A DNA stretch of 50,652 bases from Octopus bimaculoides (GCF_001194135.2 NC_068981.1:43501009-43551660), one strand, 5' to 3'. Numbered from the stretch's first letter, positions 1 through 11,351 are shown. The notes: generated from the sequence alone by a model not told the origin. Numbers and translations are program-made.

Positions 1-80
1 ACACAGACACACAAACACACACAGACACACAAACACACACACACGCACATATATATATATATATACACATACATATATAC
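1..80. repeat. (AC)n/(AT)n compound microsatellite
   Basis: Read directly from the sequence. Confidence 0.9.
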
Positions 81-238
81 GACGGGCTTCTTTCAGTTTC
101 CGTCTACGAAATCCACTCACAAGGCTTTGGTCGGCCCGAGGCTATAGTAGAAGATATTTGCCCAAGGTGCCATGCAGTGGGACTGAACCCAGAACCATGT
201 GGTTGGTAAGCAAGCTACTTACCACACAGCCACTCCTG
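79..238 (-). mobile_element. tRNA-derived SINE, family A (head GCAGGAGTGGCTGTGTGG...), 5' module
   Basis: The reverse complement has A-box-like TGGCTGTGTGGT and B-box-like GGTTCAGTCCC, then CCTTGGGCAA. Homologous to copies at 20910, 46311 and 49240. Confidence 0.88.
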
Positions 239-551
239 TTTATTAATATTTTGCAGAAGCAACAGGGTGACTCAAGGGCCAAGAGTTTCGCCCCTTGACA
301 CTTATCAAACTTGTTACTAGTCAGAGAGCTGTGAGTTTCTATAGCTGGTTAAAATCACATTCCTCAGGTATATTCTTGAACAAATTTTAAAAACAATTAC
401 GATGTCGCATGGATAATTCATATTTTCTAAATATTTTTCCTGTTATGTCATTCAATAAGCAAATACGTAAATGAATAAAGGGAAATTTGTGCTCATCTTC
501 ACACACAAATTTGCACATGCACACACGCACAACATATATTTCAAAGAGAAC

Positions 552-591
<40 letters not shown>

Positions 592-631
592 GTTCAACAC
601 ATTTTTAAGAATTTTAATAGCATAGTCTCAC

Positions 632-819
632 AATGGAAGACTAAAGAGAGTGTGTTCACTTCTAGACATAAAGACAGAGATAATAGATAACAACTCCCAA
701 GGTAAAAGATTTGACAAGTGTATAACAAATAATACAATTTTCAAAGATATATTCTCCAAAGACCGCAACTTCATTACCACATTTCTGCATGGACTTTGCA
801 CCATCCCAAGTCTCAAACA
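632..819 (-). CDS. Candidate exon (phase 0 to 2), hydrophobic, unknown product
   Basis: Acceptor tttaatatttctgaag, donor tt|gtgaga, open frame CLRLGMVQSPCRNVVMKLRSLENISLKIVLFVIHLSNLLPWELLSIISVF. Not securely linked to the other exons; could be chance. Confidence 0.25.
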
Positions 820-920
820 CTTCAGAAATATTAAAATTTCAAAGGAAAGTGTGTATTTCATGGATGTCTATAAAAGTTCTAACAATCTTCTTGTTTCAGA
901 ATAATTGCAAAACTTTCATG

Positions 921-946
921 GCTGCTGCTGCTGCTACCGCTGCCGC

Positions 947-982
<36 letters not shown>

Positions 983-1034
983 CACCACCACCATCACCAC
1001 GACGACCACCACCACCACTACTACTACTACTACT
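921..1034. repeat. Compound trinucleotide microsatellite (GCT)n-(ACT)n-(ACC)n-(ACT)n
   Basis: Read directly; it explains the poly-A/poly-T ORF at 789-1076. Confidence 0.92.
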
Positions 1035-2296
1035 TCTTTGGCAGTTGAGCAATATCTAATACTTATCTTTGACTAGTAATACTAGCAAAAGATTTATTGT
1101 TGATCTTATTGCTTTAGCTTAAGTCATGTAAAGTTATGTTGTTACTCGTTAAAACTGGTTTAGTTTTCTTATTTGATAAAATATATGTATCTGACTATGT
1201 AATTGATATTTTTAGATTTGTTTTCTGTTGTTTTGTTCATAGTTTCATTTTGGAGGTATTTTCCACTGTTCTGAAAGATAAATTATATTGGGATGATTGT
1301 ACACACACAAGAAATAAAACATGTCTAAAACTCTCTTTTTGTCTACCCTAGATATAAGGACAAATGCTTAGTTCTCAAGTCCCATGTCTGTAAAATAATT
1401 GAGAAAAGAAGCAGGTTTGGATCAAAATAATGCAAGTAACACAATAAATTCTACAACTCAACATAGATGATGCAGCAGTAAACTAGGAACACATGAATTC
1501 AAACTTAGAACTATCAAAAAATGATAACTGGAAGCAACTGGAAGTGCTGACACAGATAAATGAATGTAGTGACAAAGGATAGATGAAAATAAAATAGAAT
1601 TTTGAGATATAAGACTTTTACAATCTGAAGACAGACTGCAAACAGGAAAATGTCATAAAAAACATTAAAAAACGATGGTCTCATCAATCAAGCCAACCAT
1701 ACATTATAAACATTCACAAGGCAAACAAATAAAATATATATAATAGCCTTTAATTAAATAATGTATCGTAGATCAAAATAAGGGAGAAAACTAGAAAACC
1801 TAAGACATAGGATCTCATTTGGAAGCAAATAAATTGTCCAGCAGATAACTCACAAGAAAAAAAGATATAGCAACTATAAACGACACCATGATTGGGACAC
1901 AAAAGCTACTCCACAAAAGTTACATAGAAAGTTTAATATTTGGGATGAACTGAAACTGAAAATTACAAAAGAAATATTAATTCAACAGTTTAAAGTCTAG
2001 AATATGGAGGGTAAAGGGATTAAAAAGCAAAGCAACAAAAATAAATAAAAAGAAAGAAAGGAAAGAAAACAGTAATACAGAATAAACTTTTGGGGGTAAG
2101 CTTCATAATTAATAACAATGAAAAACAATGCAAATAATGTCATAGTCAACTAATGTCGCAAATATATTTACTTGAATTGTAATTTACTTGAATTAAATAC
2201 ATTATTTAATTAAAGGCTATTACTTAAATTAAGTATTACATTTTTTCTTTTACATACACCTCACATAGACACATGTATATCTATACATACATACAT

Positions 2297-2716
2297 ACAT
2301 CATCATTGTCATCATCATCATCACCATTATCATTTAACGTCCATTTTCCATGCTGGCATGGTTGGACGGTTTGACCGAGGTCTGGATAGTCAGCAGCTGT
2401 ACCAAGCTCCAATCTGATCTGGCAATATTTCAACAGCTGGATGCCCGTCCTAACACCAACCCCTCCAAGAATGTAGTAGGTGCTTTTTACATGCCACCAG
2501 CACAGGAGCCAGTCAGGCGGGCCTGGCATCAACCATGTTTGGATAGTGCTTTTTACGTGCCACTGGCAAGGGAGCCAGTCAGTGGGTACTGACATCGGTC
2601 ATGTTGAGATGGTGCTTTTTATGTGCCACCAACCTGGGAGCCAGTCAAGCAGCCCTGGCATCGATCATGTTCAGTTAGTACTTTTTATGTACAACCAGCA
2701 TGGGAGCCAGTCATGC
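2297..2716 (-). mobile_element. SINE-like retroposon family B ((GAT)n tail, GGTTGG..TTAGGAAGGGCATCCAGCTG core) with 3.6 tandem 66-bp units
   Basis: Homologous to 29762, 37634 and 42402. Units start at 2480, 2546, 2612 and 2678. Confidence 0.88.
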
Positions 2717-2816
2717 TTATACATACACACATGCATACACATGTGTGTGTGCATGTGTGTAAAGAGAAGAATTATAAAACTATAAACTTGCTAAAGTAAC
2801 TGGATAGAATGAAAAA

Positions 2817-2982
2817 TCAAGAAAATATAAAGATATAATTGACTGTACAATGATTGAATTTGTTCAGTTCAACAAATGTGGAGAAATTTCTAAATTTTTG
2901 TAGCTTGTTTTTGAGTTTCCAGAGCTGAAGAAATAATACACCTATCTGTGCTATGTTCTTTGCCAGGAATGGTAAGAGTAAA
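2817..2982 (-). CDS. Candidate terminal exon of the minus-strand gene model (phase 2 start, ends TGA)
   Basis: Acceptor cttacttttattgtcag; phase matches exon 5496-5673; LLLPFLAKNIAQIGVLFLQLWKLKNKLQKF...IFS*. Confidence 0.42.
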
Positions 2983-3225
2983 CTGACAATAAAAGTAAGA
3001 CCAGTTAGGCAATATAGAGAGAAAGAAATTATATTTATCAATATATTATGTGTAAGTTCAGTTAATTAGTAGAGTAAAATCTCTTTCCTTTTCTCTTTCA
3101 CTTCTTTGTGGCCTACTCTTTCAGACACACTTTGTCTATCTCACTCATCTCCCTCACTCTCTCTTTCAAAATATTTACGAGTGTGTGAATGTGTATATGC
3201 ATATATACATGTGTGTGTATAAATC

Positions 3226-3370
3226 ATCATCCTATTCATCATGATCTTTTAATGTCCATTTTCCATACTGGCATGGATTGGACTGTTTTAAAGGTTTCAA
3301 TGCATCAGAGGACTGTGTTGTGCTCCAATGTCTGCTTTGGCATAATTTCTAAGAAGGGCAGCCATTTGTA
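3226..3370 (-). mobile_element. Truncated 3' end of a family B/E retroposon
   Basis: catcat...tttaatgtccattttccatactggcatggattggac matches the family tail. Confidence 0.65.
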
Positions 3371-4019
3371 GAAACTTTGCCAAAGCAGACACTGGAGCAA
3401 AACATTGTCCTCTAGCCCACTTGATCTTATCGAACCAACCTACCCACACCATTAAATTCAGATATTAAAATATGATGATAATGAGGATGATGTGTGCTTG
3501 TGTGTGTGTGCATGCGCGTGTGTGTGTGTCTTATGTACATACTTGAGCTTCTCATCACCATTATCGTCCTTTTGCCATCTGACTTCTATGTCGAGTTGAG
3601 TTGCATGGATCATCACAGCCCCAGTCATTTCTTACTAGGAAAGTGTTAAGAAGATATATTGATATTCTATCTTAACAATCTGAAGATTGATTTCTAACTA
3701 ATGGAAACTGCTCTGTAACACCCAGATTCTGAGCCATGTATGCCAGTCTCTAGTTATGCTTCTATTCAGAGAAAACTGTTTAGTGTAATAAGCAAAGAAT
3801 TTTTTCTATTTCCTTAATGATTCTGTCATTCTACAGTTCTATACCAGCTTAGTGGCGAAAATATTTTACTAAATTAAGGAGTAGAATGTAAAATTTCCTG
3901 TAATTCAGATTGTCTCATGTTCCCAGCAGACAAAATAGAAAAACTGTTGCCCCAGAGGATGGCAAAGGAGCTGCACTGGAACAGCTACTCTAACTCACAG
4001 GGCTCATGCATGCAGGTAG

Positions 4020-4530
4020 CCACACTGCTTCATATTGATGTACAGGCACCATTTTTCGTCACCAGTAACAATTTGGTAAAGAAATCATTGCTATGTCCAT
4101 GAGTTGAGCAGTGATAAGCAAGCAAACCCGCAGAGATTGTGGCTCGTTGATTTTTGTTTTTGTCACTTAAAGCATGCAGAACCTATGCTTTATACTTCTG
4201 AACCTTTCCCATCGAGTGAAGATGCTTCTCTATCGCAGTGTGGGAGCATTCCATTTTCTCTGCCAGTTCCCTTGTCATTTGACGAGAATTTTCATGCAAA
4301 AGTTGGTTTAATCACTCTTCATCAAACTCAACTGGACGGCCAGAATGAGGTGCATCTTTGAGGTCAAAATTTCCATTTTTGAACTTGGCATACCAATCAC
4401 AAGTGGTTCTTTCAGCTATGGCACCCTCTCCATACACTGCACAAATGTTGTGAGCAACTTTTACGGCCTTAGACCTTAATTAAAAGCAAAAAGGAGGTGT
4501 CGAAAATGCTCTTTTTTCGTAACTTGACGT
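4020..4530 (-). mobile_element. Mariner transposase remnant (N-terminal HTH to first catalytic Asp), pseudogenised
   Basis: Translation KAVKVAHNICAVYGEGAIAERTTCDWYAKFKNGNFDLKDAPHSGRP...IVTGDEKWCLYIN, with stops and a frameshift. Confidence 0.9.
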
Positions 4531-4724
4531 TTCATTTTAATGATCTGAAAATAAACAAAATTTAACTAAAATTAACTAGAAAAAAAAAGAAACAAAGACA
4601 AAATAGATTCCAAAAGGATTCAAAAATAGAATTCTTGGAAAAAATAGATTCCAAAATTTAAAAACGCAATAAATTCCAAAATTTGAAAAAACAGCGGGAA
4701 CTTAGTTGCCAACCCAATATAATA

Positions 4725-5290
4725 GAGGTAAAAGGAAAACCTCACCATGGTCTTTATCCTACAAAACTCAACAGAGAAGAAGCAAGTGAAAGTGAAAGCC
4801 AACAAATGTTCAAAATTACTGGGATAGTAGTAGAAACAGAAGGTCTGATGTTAGCTGCACTTGACCAATGCTGACTCAAAGGTAATTGTTAAAACCATAT
4901 AATTAAAAGGATGCATTCCTCGGAGGTAGTCTTCACAAGGAAATAACTCATTGCATCATTTCTGGTTGCTTAGTTTTTATTAAGTCTTAATATATTCAGT
5001 GTGGAAATTAAGTTGGCAGTTCTCGTCACTTGGTAATATACTGACACTTCAATGTAAAATGGATAAGAAGTGATAAACAAGTACCTGTCACTAAGCCTGT
5101 CCAGAGAGACAGAGGTATCAAGGCAAAGCTTTCAGATATAATTATCAAGGACCAGAATGAAAATCTTTGTATTCTGATAGACATTTCGATCCTTTGTGAC
5201 TAAAACATCATCTAGATTGAGGTAGGGAAATATGAGGATCTACAAATAAAATTAAGCTGGAAGAATTGGGATAAAAGCTAAAACAGTACT
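4725..5290 (+). mobile_element. Non-LTR retrotransposon fragment, R4/Dong-like restriction-like endonuclease C-terminus, decayed
   Basis: KPHHGLY...ETEGLMLAALDQ and LSDIIIKD...ILIDISI.CD.NI...KYEDLQI resemble the ETEG..AAQDQ and PD..D motifs of RLE retroposons. Confidence 0.7.
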
Positions 5291-5309
5291 AATAATCGTA
5301 TGTAATTGA

Positions 5310-5480
5310 TGCACACGGCCGGATATTTTGAGAAGCAGGGTTGACTAAATTGTCAACAGTACTTGGCCTGTCTTTTATTTTATTGGATCTGAAAATATGG
5401 AAAGCAAAGTTCTTTTGAAGTCAGAACACAAAGAGCTAAAACAAATACTACAAGGTATTTTATCCAATATTCTAATGTTT
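5310..5480 (-). mobile_element. Highly diverged family C SINE
   Basis: Patchy colinear similarity to 8097-8310 and 43383-43596. Confidence 0.45.
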
Positions 5481-5495
5481 CTGCTGATTTCTTAC

Positions 5496-5673
5496 GTGAA
5501 AACTGTGCTAGTAACAATACTAGCTATGATAAAAAAGAACACCAGTAAAGCATAAAAAAACTGTACCAGAATTAGCAGGTCTACATAGCTTAAAAATAGC
5601 TCTGCTAGGTACACCCCACATCTTACAATGACACTTTCACTTCCATAGCATAAATGAAACCATGCTCTCTTCT
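5496..5673 (-). CDS. Candidate exon (phase 1 to 2) encoding a transmembrane-like segment
   Basis: Acceptor ttttgaatgtag, donor ac|gtaaga; KRAWFHLCYGSESVIVRCGVYLAELFLSYVDLLILVQFFYALLVFFFIIASIVTSTVF. Confidence 0.48.
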
Positions 5674-6339
5674 CTACATTCAAAATATATCTTATACAAT
5701 AACTAGTCAATCAAATAAAATACACTTTGCATAATTATTATTCGATAACACAGCATGTATTTTATGCAATCACCAGTGTGTTAATAGACAGTGAGTAGTA
5801 GCATTTTAACACACTGCAATGATGTGGCTTCACATGAAAATTCCACAGAAAAAAAAAAATATGACAATGGAATGTAAACCACAAGTGGGTAACCTTTATA
5901 GGAAATTCTCATAAATGTGCTTGAAATCTTTATTGATGTGAAATGCAACAACTATGCAATCACTATAGTTTTCAAGATTTAGGGACTTCTGAAGAGTGAC
6001 ATATGGGAGCAAATTTCTGATAGAAAACTCTCTGCCTGTTTCTTGCAAAACAAAATACTAATTATCACAAATGTATACTGATGTAACTGATAATGACAAC
6101 TACAGCAACAAGACAATGACTGCGTACTAACATTCATTATGAACTTAATTCTTTAAAACAAACTTTACTTTTCTTTAATAGTCAACATTAAAACAATATT
6201 CAGTTACATTCATCATTCAATAAAATCAAGTAGTAACGCTTAACTGAATATATATTAATAGATGCTGAGTGATACTTGATGGCCAAGTAAATAAAACACC
6301 AGGCAAAATTGTTTGTAGTATTCACTTACATACTTTTTA

Positions 6340-6470
6340 TATTGTGAGTTCAAATCTTACTAGGATTTCATCCTTTCAGGTTGGATAAAACAATTATTTC
6401 CAGTGAAGTACAGAAATCGATTTAATTGGCTACATTCTTTCTTCAAAAATTTGTGACATTGATCCTATGT
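6340..6470 (+). mobile_element. Diverged family C SINE fragment
   Basis: gagttcaaat (B-box-like) followed by ttcatcctttcaggttggataaaa. Confidence 0.5.
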
Positions 6471-7262
6471 TTAAAAATCCTATCAATGCATGCATAAACT
6501 ATTGAGGTTATAACTGATGCATACATTATGTGTCTACATAGTTTCTGAAGAATGCTTTGAAGAGAGTTAAGAAACTCTTGAACTGAAGCAATATTTCATA
6601 CAAAAAAAATTTGATAGTTTTAGAAAGCAATGAAGGAAATAGGAGTAGACGAGCATATTCTCTAAATTTCAAAATCTCTTCTATGTTCTATTCACTACTT
6701 CCTATTAGGAACTTATCTTTCAACTTCGACTGAATTTTGAAAATACATTTTCTTAACTTTATTTTTCAATCAGTCTCGTTTGCATGATGTTCTCTATTTC
6801 TACAATGTCTTTTGAATGCATTTCTCTATAGAAGCATTGAACTGTACATAGAAAATGCTTTTATTTAGAATCTCCTAGATATTTGTGTTTGTCTTTTTCT
6901 CATATTTCCTTATGTATATTTACATATGTATTAACATGACGACATGGGGGGCAGCTATATTAACACAGTTGTAAAAATGCCAAAATTCATACTTAAATGA
7001 AAATAAATTTGAAATATAAGGTACTCTGATTCAAATATTTCATCGATCAGCCAAACCTTTCAGTTCAAAACTATTGATAAAAAAAATGTAATAGAAAGAT
7101 TAAAAAAGAAAAAAATAGAAACGACTCACATGCATTGAGAGTTCAAGAAATGGCTGAATGTTTTGATGTCACATATATTTTGCCTTACACACACACGCAC
7201 ACACACACACGCACGCACACACATGTATATTTAATAAGAAATTTGATCGAAATAATAATTAC

Positions 7263-7337
7263 CTGAGGAAATCATTGCAGTATTTAATATTCTTACTTTA
7301 TATGCCAAGTACTTTGTCTTTTTTATTAGAGAATTAA
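7263..7337 (-). CDS. Candidate exon (phase 1 to 1, 75 nt)
   Basis: Acceptor gtatttgtttag, donor cag|gtaatt; NSLIKKTKYLAYKVRILNTAMISS. Confidence 0.4.
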
Positions 7338-7599
7338 CTAAACAAATACCAGTAAGACATTGCTATCAATTTAGTTGACTACAACTATATGAAACTAGAT
7401 GACACACACACACACACACACACAAACACATGCGCACATTCACATGCACATTCACATATAAGTAGGTGAAGAGGCTAAATCAAATATATGAATGCACATA
7501 TGTGTGTATGCATGTGTATGTGAATATATGTGGTTGTTCTTGTATGTATAGGCACAGAAAAGATACATACATAGATACATACAACTATACACACACACA

Positions 7600-7627
7600 C
7601 CATTAAATTCACATACACACACACACA

Positions 7628-7665
<38 letters not shown>

Positions 7666-7690
7666 TGCACACACTCACACACACACACAT
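7600..7690. repeat. (AC)n microsatellite
   Basis: Read directly from the sequence. Confidence 0.9.
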
Positions 7691-7971
7691 TCTATGGAAT
7701 AGTTTGGAAATGGAGTAAAAGAGAATTTAAAATGTTATTACACATTTTACATGTATACATTGAAAGGCTTTTATTCATTGCAGTTAGAATACATGTGTAG
7801 CTCATGATAAAATGCAAAACATTTGAGTAAAATTTACCATCTTAGTTTTGCTATGATGCCTATTATATTCAAAGCAGCCTTCTAAATAGTATTCATGGAA
7901 TGAATATAAACAACAACAGCAACAACAAAAACAGCAGCAGCAGCAGCAACATCAACAACAACAAGTATTCT

Positions 7972-8055
7972 ATCTACTAAAGGCACAAGGCCTGAAATTT
8001 GGTGGGTGGGGACAATTCGATTATGTGACCCTAGTGTTTCATTGGCACTTAATTT
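7972..8055 (-). mobile_element. Family C SINE, 3' fragment
   Basis: ctactaaaggcacaaggcctgaaattt matches 8097 onward. Confidence 0.75.
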
Positions 8056-8096
8056 CTTTGCCCCCCCCCCCAAAGATGAAATGAATAATAATTATC

Positions 8097-8310
8097 CTTT
8101 CTACTAAAGGCTCAAGGCCTGAAATTTGAGGGCAGGGGACTAGCAAATTACATCGACCTCAGTGTTTCACTGCTACTTAATTCATCGACCCTGAAAGAAT
8201 ATAAGGCAGAGTCGACTTCAGCAGAATTTGAACTCAGAAAGTAGCGGCAGATAAAATACCACTAAGCATTTTGCTCAGCATGCTAATGATTTTGCCAGCT
8301 CGCTGCCTTA
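8097..8310 (-). mobile_element. tRNA-derived SINE family C (central motif GACT..GCCTTTCATCCTTTCGGGGTCGAT)
   Basis: Homologous to 36907, 41045 and 43383. The central motif resembles the Meta/Sauria-type SINE body (inference). Confidence 0.88.
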
Positions 8311-8333
8311 ATGATAATAATAATGATAATAAT

Positions 8334-8905
8334 GAAACTACAGCCTAGAAGATGAGCCTCATCCTGGAAGATCTGTAGAGCTTGATGCGGATGTTCCACA
8401 AACTTTGGTGGAACACATCCCATCGTAACTGTTGAGGAACAAGCAGAGAAGCTTAGAGTTGGTCATTCAACCATTCATCAACATCTGTGTGTCATTGGGA
8501 AAGTCAGCAAATTGGGTCAATGGGCTCCTCACAAACTTTCCGAGCCTAATCGCATGCAAAGTGTGAATGCGTGTTCTTCTTTGATCTCATGTCTCACAAA
8601 TGAACTTTGTTTTAGATTGAATATTGATTGGTGATGAGAAATGGGTTCTCTCTAAAAATGTCAATTACAGAAGACAATGGGTAGGGAAAGGAGAACCACC
8701 GTTGACACTGGCTTATGCTTATTGTTCGATTCCCATATACTGCATTAATATTTTTCACACATTCCATTACATTGTTGCCTTTATTGTACTCACAAAACAA
8801 AATATGCCAAATAGGCATCTTTGCCACTTCCATTATAGCTTTGAAAAAATTACTGTCAAAATCGAACAACAAAATTTGCACTAAGCATAAGACAAAATAA
8901 AAATT
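8334..8905. mobile_element. Rearranged mariner remnant: + strand internal part joined to a - strand 5' end
   Basis: + strand NYSLEDEPHPGRSVELD...IGDEKWVLSKNV..RQWVGKGEPP (8334-8700); - strand MEVAKMPIWHILFCEYNKGNNVMECVKNINAVYGNRTISISQCQRWF (about 8845-8695). Confidence 0.88.
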
Positions 8906-9566
8906 ACTACCTACTTTTATAGCAAGTTGATGCAGTTAGTTTATCCTATCCCCTTCTGACTTTTAGTTCATGCAACTTTTAGTTCATTATTTATGGAATG
9001 ACCCAATATTTGCTTTGATGTGGAAATAAGTAGCATATATCTTTAAGATAACTTTTCTGTCTGGTATAGCATTTATTCATGAGAACTAACAGTTCATCCA
9101 ACCTCTGCATTTGCTGCTACTTTTATGTATGTTAAACACATATATATAGATATTTTATGTTATAAATTAGTATTATTAAGTAAACAGTATTTCAATTCAT
9201 TTATCTTATGAACTATATAAGCTCCAAAGTATGACTTTAATTTTTAGAATAATATTTTGCATTTATATTTCTGAAATTAAATATTATTAGAATTGTAAAC
9301 ATTGATTGAACTGATTAACCTCTTTTTTTCATCTTACTACCAACATTAAAAGAATTTAAACTGATGAGAATATAATTTTAAAATGTCAAACAAAATGATA
9401 AGGTTAAATTTATTGTCAACTTGGTCATTGCATTGCTATTTTCCACAAATCACATATGCTTGAGTTGAAAAACGATTTGAAAGATCAATGCAATGGTCTT
9501 TTGGTATTTCATATGTGCTATACGGTTTTTATAGCAATACATTTAATCATTCTTGTCTCAACTCAC

Positions 9567-9602
9567 CAAATTGGTGATTGCTATTATATACAACTAAACA
9601 GT
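9567..9602 (-). CDS. Candidate micro-exon (phase 1 to 1, 36 nt)
   Basis: Acceptor ctgttgctaattag, donor ttg|gtgagt; the only open frame is CLVVYNSNHQF. Confidence 0.35.
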
Positions 9603-9819
9603 CTAATTAGCAACAGAACTTTTAATTAACAAATGTTGTTGTTGCATTGTTTAACTGTAGGTCAGCTCTGATTGAGCTGGCTTATGATCTAAAGCATTCT
9701 AATCTTGACCACACCATTCTCCTCTTCTGCATTGCACATCTAGGGCTCTATTGCACAATTTTTCTCTCCATTTCAAATCTACAGAAAATAATTTGCAGAA
9801 GAATCAGTTGTAATTCCTG

Positions 9820-9876
9820 AAGGTGGCAAGCCAGCAGAATCGTTAGCACACCAGACAAAATGCCGCTTAGCATTTT
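9820..9876 (+). mobile_element. 5' fragment of a family C SINE
   Basis: aaggtggcaagccagcagaatcgttagcacacc matches the start of 41045. Confidence 0.75.
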
Positions 9877-10130
9877 GTGGGGGCATGTGGCCTAGTGGTT
9901 AGGACGTTGGACTCATGACCATAAGGTTGTGGCTTTGATTCCTGGACTGGGCAACATGTGTTTCTTGAGCAAAACACTTCCTTTCATGTTGCTCCAGTCC
10001 ACTCAGCTGGCAAAAATGAGTAATCCTGCAATGAACCAGTGTCCCATCCAGGTAGGGAATATACATGGCATGGAAACCAAGGAAACTGGTCCTATGAGTC
10101 TATATGACACAGGAGGGAACTTTACTTTTG
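9877..10130 (+). mobile_element. tRNA-derived SINE family D1 (V-domain-like body, ACTTT-like tail)
   Basis: A-box TGGCCTAGTGG, degenerate B-box, body ccagtgtcccatccagg; homologous to 15557-15809. Confidence 0.85.
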
Positions 10131-10242
10131 CAGTTGTTATTTCTAGTAGACTGAGCAATCATAATGACGTTTCTTCTTTGGTTTGCTTTTAACAAGTCTT
10201 TTTGCTTAATATGGTGTTTTACTTTATGTATAGGTGCATGCA

Positions 10243-10690
10243 TGGCTGTATTGGTACACATTACACTTCATGGAGCTTTAATCAGGAATCTTCTAGTAAT
10301 AGCCTCCACTCACTGATAACTTGTGAGTGAGATTAATTGACAGTAACTGTGAAAACTGGTTGAGTGTGTGTGTGGGTTGGTGGGGTTCTTGTGTGTGTGC
10401 CTGTATGTATGTAGGTGTGTGTGTGTGTACATGAAGATTTGCATTCTGCATGGCATCACTCGAGAATGTGTGAGCAAAACAGTGATAGTGATATCATGTT
10501 CCCAATCCCTGAGAAGAATGCATTCTGTAGATTTTGCACACTAGACTCATGGTGATTAGTGAAATATAAAAATATTTTTCGCAAATGATAAAAGATTTAG
10601 CTAGTGAGAAAAAGGGCATCCAACCATAAAATACTGCCTCAAAAGGTCTTCACCCAAACCATGCTAGCATGGAAAAACAGACATAAAAAT
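10243..10690 (+). mobile_element. Diverged composite retroposon: A-like head, (GT)n spacer, family E tail
   Basis: cttgtgagtg (A body), then agggcatccaacc...aaaccatgctagcatggaaaaacagaca tail. Confidence 0.55.
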
Positions 10691-10716
10691 AAACAAAACA
10701 ATTTCTGTGTGATAAC

Positions 10717-10740
10717 CTTTGAGATTAAACAATAAACAAC
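10717..10740 (-). CDS. Candidate micro-exon (phase 1 to 1, 24 nt)
   Basis: Strong acceptor ttgtttttgttcctgcttcag, weak donor aag|gttatc; CLLFNLK. Confidence 0.3.
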
Positions 10741-11344
10741 CTGAAGCAGGAACAAAAACAACACAAACAATATTGCACAGCAAAACATCTATGTTACAGC
10801 TGAAACTACCCACAAATTGAAACTAGTTTCAACAAATTATTGATTTGACCAAGAGATCCTATCTAAAAACTAATCCACTTTCAATCATCAATAAAATAAA
10901 ATATAAGAGCTTAAACCCCCTGTTGTTTTCTTTGAAAGTAAGTCAGATGATATATAATAAAACATCCTGTTAGTATTTCCTCACTTAGTTTGCATTATAA
11001 GTTTCTTTCCATAACTATTTGCTGGTATTTTACACTGAAATGTGGGCTTTTCTGAAATAGTAATTACAAATATTAATAGCAGCTAACATCAGCAGATATT
11101 TACATAACTCACTGAGATGTGGATATGTGTGTATGATAATAAATGTTCAATTATTATGTGACACATGTTTGTGCACAAATTTCCTGTTGACTTTTACACA
11201 AAGAATATATTTCCTGCAAACACATGAGAATTCATGCAGGGGATATACACACAGATATATAACCACAAGCACTAACACTCATAGATGCTCACATACATAT
11301 GCATATATATATGTGAATATGCATTTATATGTGCATATGCATAT

Positions 11345-11351
11345 ATTTATA

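Noticed and set aside
789-1076. ORF with poly-Ala/poly-Thr
   Set aside because: Translation of a trinucleotide microsatellite.
1270-2030. A-rich stretch that might be the N-terminal ORF of the R4-like element
   Set aside because: Only vague resemblance, many stops, no diagnostic motif; needs a profile search.
2480-2716. Regularly spaced repeats suggesting a CRISPR array
   Set aside because: Whole 66-bp units are homologous (no unique spacers), they lie inside a retroposon, and there are no cas genes in this eukaryotic context.
5890-6050. 47-codon minus-strand frame after an acceptor-like site
   Set aside because: Ends in a stop before any donor and does not fit the exon chain.
9877-9950. 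tRNA-like sequences (also 34800-34870, 37251-37320, 49240-49310)
   Set aside because: They are SINE heads followed by SINE bodies, with degenerate stems; not tRNA genes.
10985-11051. Minus-strand exon-like segment with good splice signals
   Set aside because: Its only open frame ends in phase 2, which is incompatible with the downstream candidates. It counts as evidence against over-trusting the model.
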